DNA from: Desulfatiglandales bacterium
GTDB taxonomy: Bacteria; Desulfobacterota; DSM-4660; Desulfatiglandales; Desulfatiglandaceae
DNA length: 64,000 bases
Assembly: GCA_963662465.1 (NCBI GenBank)
Contig: OY759599.1
Span: 992,001 to 1,056,000 of the forward strand
Direction of reading: 5' to 3'
Shown one piece after another: positions 29,969 through 40,500 of this stretch. Under the pieces are notes generated by a model. It did no database searches. It was not told the DNA's origin and saw nothing but the letters and a program-made list of their open reading frames with translations. The translations under genes were made by a program, and so were the position numbers. Position 1 is the stretch's first letter, and each line of letters begins with the position of its first letter.

Positions 29969-31399
29969 ATGCCGCGTATCGTTTCTGAAAGGGAATTGGA
30001 CCTGATTGCGTGGGTGATATCAGAGCATCCTCATGGTATCGGTATTTCCATGTTGGAAGAAACCCTTGTGCGTCATTTACCCAAATCCCTCAACCGCCGC
30101 ACTTTGCAGCGTCGCCTGGAACGTCTTATTGCGGACAAACGAATCAGAACCGAAGGCGAAAGCATCGCTCTGGTTTATAAATCCGTGCCTCAGGTCATTA
30201 CCGGGAGGTCAAAGGAAGGGATAACGCTTTTAGACCATGCCGAGGCAGAAACATACATCCCTGTTTCGTCTGAGGGCGCCATTATCCGCGATTTCCTTCG
30301 GAGGCCGTTGATGCATCGGAAACCGGTCGGATATCAGCGAGTTTTTCTGGATGATTACATACCGGGCAATAGCTTCTATCTTTCGAGATCATTACGTGCA
30401 CAACTACATGAAATAGGTCGTGCCCCTGGCGACAAGAGCCCCGCGGGAACTTATGCCCGGCAAATCCTGGATCGGTTGCTGATTGACCTATCGTGGGCTT
30501 CTTCGCGCCTGGAGGGAAATACCTATAACCGTCTTGATACCAGAAACTTGATCGAATTCGGCCAGTCCGCGGAAGGCAAAGACCTTCAAGAAACACAGAT
30601 GATTCTGAATCACAAAGCGGCTATCGAAATGCTCATTGAAGAAGCTGACCAGGTGGGTTTCAGCCCGTTTACATTTTTCAACCTCCATGCCATCTTATCA
30701 GAAAACCTGCTCCCTGATGAAAACGCCTGTGGACGGCTACGCCGCAGGCCGGTAAACATTTCCGGGTCCGTTTTTCACCCGCTTGCCATGCCCCAGGCAC
30801 TGGAAGACTGTTTTCGCCTGTTGCTCCGGAAGGCCGCCGACATTCCGGATCCTTTTGAGCAGGCCTTTTTCGTGATGGTGCAGTTGCCATATTTGCAGCC
30901 TTTTGAGGATGTCAATAAGCGTGTTTCGCGGCTTGGCGCAAACATTCCACTGATAAAGAACAACTTGTGTCCGCTTTCTTTTATCGACGTGCCCGAACAA
31001 GCCTATTTGGATGGAACCTTGGGGGTGTATGAACTAAATCAGGTTGATTTGTTGATGGATGTGTTCATTTGGGCCTATGAGCGCTCATGTCAGCAATATC
31101 TTGCGATCACAAAAAAAGTGGCTGAGCCGGATCCTTTGCGTATCCGTTATCGGGAGGCGTTGATCCAGGCTGTTCAGACCATTGTTAAAGACCTTCAGAC
31201 GCCGTCTCCTGGTAATGTTGAGCGTTTGGGAGAGGCGCTGGCTCCCGAAAAAGACAGAGATGCCTTTTGTAAAATCCTGCGAGATGTTTTGCGGCACCTG
31301 CACGAGGGTAATGTGGTGCGATATCGGCTGAAACTCTCCGATTTTCAGATTTGGGAGCCAATACAAAAGCGATATCAAGGGCAGAGAAAGCACCCATGA
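29969..31399 (+). CDS. Fic-family protein with N-terminal HTH
   Basis: SSRLEGN inhibitory-helix motif and divergent Fic motif LQPFEDVNKRVSR. Confidence 0.92.
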   Translation: MPRIVSERELDLIAWVISEHPHGIGISMLEETLVRHLPKSLNRRTLQRRLERLIADKRIRTEGESIALVYKSVPQVITGRSKEGITLLDHAEAETYIPVSSEGAIIRDFLRRPLMHRKPVGYQRVFLDDYIPGNSFYLSRSLRAQLHEIGRAPGDKSPAGTYARQILDRLLIDLSWASSRLEGNTYNRLDTRNLIEFGQSAEGKDLQETQMILNHKAAIEMLIEEADQVGFSPFTFFNLHAILSENLLPDENACGRLRRRPVNISGSVFHPLAMPQALEDCFRLLLRKAADIPDPFEQAFFVMVQLPYLQPFEDVNKRVSRLGANIPLIKNNLCPLSFIDVPEQAYLDGTLGVYELNQVDLLMDVFIWAYERSCQQYLAITKKVAEPDPLRIRYREALIQAVQTIVKDLQTPSPGNVERLGEALAPEKDRDAFCKILRDVLRHLHEGNVVRYRLKLSDFQIWEPIQKRYQGQRKHP

Positions 31400-31533
31400 A
31401 ACCCCTAGCAGTCATGAAAGGTTGATGAGCGGGATTCATCCGCTTTCTTGCCGCCCTTTCCGTTTTCGCGGGTGTGGAGCGGAAGCACCGGTCGAACACT
31501 GAATGATTCCATACAAAAGGGAGAACACTGCCA

Positions 31534-34500
31534 ATGGAAAAAAAATTACCTCCGGCGGAAATTGAAAAAATGGTTTCGGATTGGAATCGAACTTCGGCGT
31601 ATTATCCCCGTGACAAGACCTATGTGGAATTGTTCGAGGAGCAGGCGGTCAAGACGCCGGGGCAGATGGCCGTCTCTTACCGGGACCAGGCGCTCTGTTA
31701 CCGGGAATTGAATGAGCGGGCCAACCAGCTGGCCCATGTGATTCGGGAAAAATACCGAATGCTCTGGGGGGAGGAAGTCCAGGGCGATACCCTGATCGGG
31801 TTGTATGTCGACCGGTCCGCGAACATGATCGTCGGCATGCTGGGGATCATGAAAGCGGGCGGGGCGTATGTGCCCTTTGATTCCGCCGATCCCGTAGAGC
31901 GACTGAGATTCAAGATCAACGACTGCGGCTGCCGCATGGTGCTCACATCCACGGAAAAAGTCAAGGATCTGTTGTTTCTGACGGAGACGGAAACGCTCCC
32001 TTTGAGCCTGGACGGGGGGTATCGAACGGAAATTGAGAAAGCGGATACGGACAATCCGGTCTATATCAACAAGCCCACCGATCTCGCTTATGTGATCTAT
32101 ACATCCGGTTCCACCGGCCGGCCCAAAGGGGTCATGATCGAGCACCGGACCCTCATAAACCTGGTCTACGCCAACCGGAAACTTTTGCGGATCGACCCGG
32201 AAACGAGGGTGTTGCAGTTTGCTTCCCCCGCCTTCGATGCTTCCGTCTGGGAAATTTTTCCGGCGTTGGCCTTTGGGGCGCCCCTGTTCATCGTCGATGA
32301 TGCGACCCGAAAAAGCAGTGAAGCCTTAAGCGGTTATCTTCGCGACAACCGGGTATCGCTGGCGACCCTTCCGCCCGCGTATCTCCCCCTGATGCCGGAA
32401 ATGGATCTTCCCCATCTGAAGACGCTGATCGTGGCCGGAGATGTGTGCGGCCCTCACCTGTTTGAACTCTGGGGGAAAAACCGGCGGATGATCAACGCTT
32501 ACGGGCCCACCGAGAGTACGGTGTGCGCGACGCTTCATGAATTTGAAAGCGGAGACTCTCATGTCAACATCGGGGGGCCGATTCCGAACGTCAAGGTCTA
32601 TATTCTGGATGGTTCGTTGCGGCCCGTGCCGGTGGGAACCGAGGGCGAACTGTATATCGGGGGAGAATGCCTGGCCCGGGGGTATTTCAACCGCCCGGAA
32701 TTAACCGCGGAGCGCTTCATTCCAAACCCGTTCGCCGGGGGTGAAGACAAGGCGAACTCCCGGCTTTACAAAACCGGGGATCTGGCGCTGTGGCTTCCTC
32801 GGGGGGAGATTGAATTTGTCGGGCGTAACGATTTCCAGGTGAAAATCCGGGGCTTCAGAATTGAACTGGGCGAGATCGAAAACCGGCTCACAAAATTTCC
32901 GAAGATCGAGCAGTGCGTTGTCACGCTCCATGAAACGACTGGAAACAAGGATCTGTGCGCCTACTACGTTCAGAAAATACCGGAAGCGGATTCGGACCGG
33001 GAAGGGATGGGGGTCGCCGAATGGGAAAAGCTTTACGAAGATGTTTATATGCGGGAAGATTCCAATGAGATCAACACGTTCGATATCGAGGGCTGGAACA
33101 GCGCCTTTACCGGGAAGCCGATTCCGGAAAACGAGATGCGGGAATGGGTGGACACCACCGTGGAAAGGATTTTCGAATATCAACCGGAAAGGATTTTCGA
33201 AATCGGCTGCGGCAGCGGGCTCTTGATGTACCCGCTGCTGCCGTTCTGCACCCATTATACCGGCATCGATTTTTCCAATGAAGTCATTGGGCGACACCAG
33301 GCCGCGTTTCAAAAGCTGGGGATTCAAAATGCCGCGGTGGCTACCGCCCGGGCAGACGGGATCCGTCAGTCGGGCATCATCCATCCCGGCGAGGCCGACA
33401 CGGTGATTATCAATTCCGTTATCCAGTATTTCCCGAACGTGGCCTACCTGGAGTCGGTGATCGAGGATTCCCTGGACCTGGTCGAGTCCGGGCGCATCTT
33501 CATTGGTGATGTGAAAGACTACCGGTTGATCGCGGAATTTCATTGGACCTTGATCGAGCACCAGATGGCGCGAAGGGGAACCGTCGCCTTCGGTGACGAA
33601 CTCCAAAACGCGGTGGCGGCCTCCATGAAAAACGAGAAAGAATTGCTGGTGGCGCCTGAGTATTTTATCGAACTCTGCCGTAAATACCCGAAAATCACCG
33701 GGATCGAGCTGTTACCGAAACGCGGCCGGAGTCTTCACGAGATGAACTGCTACCGCTATGACGTGGTTCTGAAGGTCAATGCGCCCGGGGAAAAACTGGA
33801 CCTCCCCTGGCGGGACATTGCGGACCTTAAAAGGGAAATCGCCGGGGATTGTGAGTGTTTCGCCATCGCCGATTATCCCAACGTGAGAGTCCTGGACGTG
33901 TGCGGTTCCCCGGCCGCCTTACGGAAAACGGGAGACGCATCGGCGTCAAAAGAGGCGGATGATGCCGGGACAAAATACCTGGGCGTGGAGGATCTCCATG
34001 TATTGGCCGGGAAGAACGGTTACGCCCTGTATGTCGCGCTTTCCGCCGCCAAGGCCGCCTATGACCTGGTTTTCTTTCGGGCTCCCGTCACAAGGGCGGC
34101 TGTCGCAAACGCGCTTTCCGAGCGTTTTTTAAGCCGGACGACGGACCCGGGAATCGAACGCTATAATGTTCCCGCAACCGTTTCCCAGGACCGCATATCT
34201 CCCGTCAAATTGCGCAATTTTCTGGCGGAGGACCTGCCCGACTACATGATCCCGGCATTCTTTGTGGAATTGGAAAGCATGCCGCTCAATACCAGCGGCA
34301 AGATCGATCTGAAGGCCCTGCCGCATCCGGGGTCGGCGCTTTCGGCGGGAGACGAATATGTCCCCGCCCGAAACGAGACGGAAAAATTGATCTCGGGCAT
34401 CTGGTGCGACCTGCTGGGCCTTCCCCGGATAGGGGTGAAGGACAGTTTTTTCAATGTGGGCGGCAATTCCCTCAAGGTGATTCAGCTCTCCATGAAGATC

Positions 34501-37500
34501 ACCGCCAAGACCGGAAAGACGCTTTCGGCCCGGACCATCTTCATCAATGATACCGTGGAAAAGCAGGCCCGGATCCTCGACGAAATGGAAACAAAAAGGG
34601 TCGACGGAATCGGCCGGGCAGAAGGGAAGGACGACTACCCCATCATAAACGCCCAGGCCCGAATGGTCCTGGTCAGCAGGATCGATCCCGAAAACACCGC
34701 CTATAACGTTCCGTTATTTTACAAAACAAAAGACCGGATTGACCCGAATCGACTCAGGCGGGCGCTCAATGAGATCGTCAGGACTCAGGAATCGCTGAGG
34801 ACGTTTTTTATCGAGAAGGACGATGACATTCGCCAGAAAATTATTGATCATGCCGATTTCGAGATCGCGCTGGAGGAAAGAACAATTCCCGCGTCCGCCG
34901 TTGATGCGACCTTGACCGATTTTGTCCGCCCGTTCATTCTGGACCGGGCACCGCTCTGGCGGGTGGGCCTGTTCCGGGTGGAGAATGAGGCCTGCAACTA
35001 TCTCCTGTTCGATTTTCATCATGTCATCCTGGACGGACTTTCCGTGGGTCTTTTCCTGCGGTATCTGCAAGACGCTTACAAGGGTCTGGAACTTCCGGAG
35101 CCGGCGGCCCAGAGCAAGGACTATGCGGCGTTTCAAATCAAATTTCGGGATTCGGAAACATACCGGCAACAGGCGGCGTACTGGAAAGCGGAATTCGCGG
35201 GCGAGGTGCCGCTTCTCGAACTGCCCACGGACAAACCCAGGCCACTGGAGAAATCCTACCGCGGGAGCGGGCTGTCCGTGGAAGTGCCGACCCCGGTCCG
35301 GGAAGGCCTGAAAAAGCTGGAGCGGGAAACCGGCGCCACCCCCTTCATGATCATGTTCTCTGTTTTTAACATCCTGCTAAAGAAATACACCGGGCAAAAC
35401 GACCTGGTTGTGGGGGTACCTTCCTTTGGCCGAAAGCATGAAGATATCCTTTTTACCATCGGCATGTTCGTGGGAACGCTTCCGATTCGAAGCCAAATTC
35501 CGGAGGCGGCCACCGCGCTTGATTATATCCTGGCGCTGAAACAGAAAGTGGTGGACGCGGTCAGCAACGAGGACTATCCCCTGGAAGAACTGGTGGCGAG
35601 CCTCGATATGGATCGACAGTCCGGCCGCAATCCCCTCTTCGATGTCATGTTCGCTTTGTGGGAGGGAAGCGACCTGACCCTTGATCTCAACGGTCTCACG
35701 CTTACCAAGGTCCGGGAAGAAATTCGAACGGAAAAATTCGACCTGACCGCCTACGTATTTGAAGACGATGACCGCTCGGAGGTGTTTTTTACCTATGCCA
35801 CCGACCTGTTCGACAGAAGGACCATTGAACGCTTCAGCCGGCATTACCTGAACATTCTCTCGACCGTGGTAGCCGACCCGAACGTAGAGATCGACAGGAT
35901 CGGAATACTGAGTCCCTCCGAATACTTTCGAATCATGAAAGAGTGGAACCGAACCGAAGCCCCTTATCCCGGAAAAACCCTTCACGAACTTTTTGAAGAA
36001 CAGGTCCGGCGAACGCCCGAAAAGACCGCCCTGGTTTTTGTTGGGGAAAAAATGACGTACCGCGAACTGGATCACCGAGCCAACCGGGTCGCCCATTCGA
36101 TCCGGCGGGCGTACAGAAAGCGTTTTGAACGGGAATTGCCGGATGACGAAATGATCGGTATTTGTATCGACCGGAGTTTCGAGATGATCATAGGCGTCTT
36201 GGCGATCCTGAAGGCCGGTTCCGGTTACGTCCCCCTTGACATGGCGGATCCGGCGGAACGCATGACATTCAAGGTGGAGGACTGCGGCTGCCGGGTGGTC
36301 CTGACGGTTTCCGGTTTGGAAGACAAGTTCCATTTCTTCACGGACCGGGGCAATGTGTTGATTCCCATGGACAAAATAGGGGACCCATGGGAAAAAACGG
36401 TCGTGGTCCGTCCTGAAGCCGGGAGCACGGCGGAGAACCTGGCCTATGCCATCTATACGTCCGGTTCCACCGGCAAACCCAAGGGCATTATTCTGGAACA
36501 CAAGACCATCACCAATCTCGTTTCCTTCCAGATCAACCAGACCCATATTCCCTTTGACGGCCGGGTTCTGCAATACACGAACCTGACCTTTGACGTTTCA
36601 TTGCAGGAGATTTTCACCACCCTGCTCGCCGGTGGGACCCTGCACCTGATCAGAAAAGAATTGCGGCGGGATATCGGCGGGCTGCTGGATCACATGAGGG
36701 AAAACGAGATCGAGGTGCTGTTTTGTCCGCCCGCCCTGTTGAACCTGATTTTCACCACCCCGGAACTGGAAAACAATTTCCCCCGCAGTGTAAAGCATAT
36801 CATCGCCGCGGGCGAGCAACTGATCGTCAATAAGGGCTTGAAGCGCTTTCTCAGGGAGAACAGGGCCTTTTTGCACAATCATTACGGCCCTTCCGAAACC
36901 CATGTGGTCACCGCTCTGACCATCGGTCCCGACGACCCGCATATCCCCGATGTTCCTTCCATCGGAAAGCCGATTTCGAACACCTGTGCTTATATTCTCG
37001 ACCCGGGTATGATGCCCGTTCCCGTGGGTGTTCCGGGTGAACTCTACCTGGGGGGCGCCGGCCTGGCCCGGGGGTATCTCCGCCGACCGGAGCTGACGGC
37101 CGAGCGGTTCATCGAAAACCCTTTCGCCGACCATGCGGACTTGAAAACCAAAAGAAAACCAAGGCTCTACAAGACCGGTGACCTGGTAAAATGGCTTCAC
37201 GACGGGAATATCGTTTTTCTCGGGCGAAACGATTTTCAGGTGAAGATCCGGGGATTTCGGGTTGAGCTGGGCGAAATCGAAAGTCGGCTGAACGACCATC
37301 CCGGAATCGCCCAATGTATCGTGACAGCCACCGAAAAAGACCACGTCAACAGCATCTGCGCCTATTACACGATTAACCCAGCCGCCGGCGGAAACCGGCC
37401 CACCCGGGCGGAGCTGCGGGAATACCTGGACGATCTCCTGCCGGATTACATGGTGCCGGCCTTCCTGATTCCGTTGGACGAGATGCCCCTGAACGCCAAC

Positions 37501-40500
37501 GGGAAGATCAACCGAAAAGCCCTGCCCCCGCCGGACAGAGCCCCAATGGCCGACACTTATGTGCCGCCTGCCAGCGAGACGGAGAAATGCCTGGCGGAAA
37601 TCTGGGGAGAGGTTCTGAAAATCGATCAGATTGGCATTAACGACAATTTCTTCGACCTGGGGGGGCATTCCCTGAACGCCACCCTGGTGGTTTCCCGGAT
37701 TCACAAAAGGCTCCATGTGGATTGCACCATCAGGGCCCTGTTTGATTGCAAAACCATTTCGAAACTGGCGGCGCACATCGATTCGAAACAGTCCGAAGGG
37801 GTTACGCCCGGCATCGAAGTCGACAAAATCGATCGAACAAAACCCCTGCCCCTCTCCTCCGCCCAGGAAAGGCTCTGGTTTCTCGACCGCTACCAGGGCG
37901 GTAATAGCGCCCATTACAATATGCCCATCGCTTTCCGCGTTAAGGGGCCACTGGATGTTCCGGCACTGGAAAAGGCCTTTAACCTCATGATCGGGCGGCA
38001 CGAAAGCCTGCGGACGGTCTTTCGGGAAACCGAAAACGGTGAACCGTACCAGGAGATTCTCCCGAAAGGGATGGAAACGGAGATTTCCCTTCGGGTTGAA
38101 GCGGCGGCTGAATCCGCTTTGCCGGAGATCCTGACGCATGAAGCCCATTATGGTTTCGATCTGGCCAATGAGCAATTGTTCAGGGTACGCCTGTGGAGAA
38201 TCACCGGGACCGGGGATCATATCCTGCTGATCAACCAGCACCATATCATCAGCGACGGCTGGTCCATCGGGATCTTGTGCGCCGAACTGGCCGAATGGTA
38301 CGGCCATATTTCAAACGGACATGCGGTTGAACGGGTCGCACCGGAATATCAATACGCGGACTACGCCCTTTGGCAGAAAAAACACCTGGAAAGTGAAGGG
38401 GTCCGAAAAGGCCTCCAATACTGGAAAGGCCGGCTGTCCGGCGTGGAGGATTTGAATCTTCCCACGGACCGGCACAGGCCCCCTGTCTTCAGTCACCGGG
38501 GAAGCCATTTGAAATTTTCCCTGGATACCGGGTTGACCAAACGCTTAAGAGCGTTTGCCGGTGAAACCGACGCCACCCTGTACATGACCCTGCTTTGCGG
38601 GTTTTACATTCTTCTCAGCCGTTACACCCATCAGGATGATCTCGTCATCGGCACGCCCGTGGCCAACCGGCATCATGCCCAGTTCGAGGATATCATGGGG
38701 TTTTTTGTGAACACCCTTGCCCTGAGAATCAACGGTAAAGATTTGAGCGTTCGAAAACTGGCCGAACAGGTTCGAAAAACCAGTCTGGCGGCCTTCCAGC
38801 ACCAGGATGTGCCCTTGGACAAAATCTTGGATGAACTGGAGATCGAACGGGATCAAAGCAAAAATCCCCTGTTTCAAACCCTTTTCGCCCTGCAAAATGC
38901 GTCGGAAGTCGGCAACCTTCCCCTTCCCGGTCTGAATGTATGCCCGGTGGATATCGACTGCGGCGTTTCCAAGTTGGATCTGAGCCTCATGATGATGGAA
39001 TCCGGCGACCGAATGACGGGATTTCTGGAATTTTGCACCGACCTGTTCAACCCATCCACCATGGAACGGTTTATCCGCCATTTTCAGGTGATCCTCTTCG
39101 AGTTGACAAAACATGCGGAGCGGAAGATCTCGGAGTTGAAAATGCTGCCGGTAGAGGCGTATGACCGGATGATTTACCTCTGGAATGACACGGATGTGGA
39201 TTACGGCGATGACGTCACCATCCAGGCGTTGTTTGAGAAGGTCGCGGCTGAAAACCCGGATTCTACGGCGGTCGTGTTTGAAGGGGATCGCCTGAGCTAC
39301 CGGGAACTTAATGAACGGGCCAACCAGGTGGCCCGTATCATTCGGGAAAAATACCGGGCGGTCTGGAATGAAGACATAACTGGCGATACCCTCATCGGAC
39401 TCTACATGGAACGGGGGATCGACATGATCACCGGCATCCTGGGCATTCTGAAAGCGGGTGCCGCCTATGTGCCGTTCGATCCGGTGGATTCCGAAGATAG
39501 GCTGAAGTTCAAGATCGATGACTGCGAGTGCCGTATGGTCCTCACTTGTTCTTCATACAGCCGGGAGTTGTTGTTTCTGGCCGAAAGGGACATGCTCCCC
39601 TTGAGCTTGGACGCTTATCGGGGGGAGATGGAAAAAGCCCCGAAAACCAATCTCCCGCTCATGAACAAGCCCACGGATCTGGCCTATGTCATCTACACGT
39701 CCGGGTCCACGGGAAGACCCAAGGGGGTCATGATCGAGCACCGGACCTGTACCCAAATGATGTTGACCCAGAAAAAACGCTGCCGGGTTATGGAATTTTC
39801 CGACGCATTGCTGTTCGCTTCCATCTCTTTTGATGCCTCGGTCCTGGAGATATTCACCGCCCTGGCATCCGGCAAGGCGTTACATATCGCTTCTGAGGAA
39901 GTGAGGCGAAATCCCGAGGCCCTGGTGGAGCTGATTCAAAAAAACCGAATTGCGGTGGGCACACTGCCCCCGGCGGTGCTTGAGGTCATGCCGAAAACGG
40001 CGCTTTCGGAATTGAAAGTGCTGATCACCGCGGGGGACGTCTGTGAGCCGGAAGTCATGAACCAGTGGGCTCACAACCGGATGCTCATAAACGGTTACGG
40101 GCCCACCGAAAACACGGTGTGCTGCACCCTGCATGATTTCCAGCCGGGGGATTTAAACACCAACATCGGCAAACCCGTGGAAAACGTAAAAGTCTATGTC
40201 CTCGATTCCGGACTTCAGCCCGTGCCGGTGGGGGTCTTCGGGGAATTGCATATCGGCGGCCATAACCTGGCCCGGGGATATTTTAAACGCCCGGACCTGA
40301 CGGCCGAGCGTTTCATTCCAAACCCCTTTGCTTCCGCTGAAGATCGAAAAAATGGGGAGAATCTTCGGTTATACAAGACGGGCGACCTGGTGCGCTTTAT
40401 GGACAACGGTGAGATCGAGTTCGCGGGGCGGAACGATTTTCAGGTGAAAATCCGGGGCTATCGCATCGAACTGGGCGAGATTGAAAAACGGCTGGCGGAG

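Noticed and set aside
35377..39114. Long minus-strand ORFs (398, 569, 189 aa) within the NRPS
   Set aside because: Antisense shadows typical of GC-rich coding DNA.
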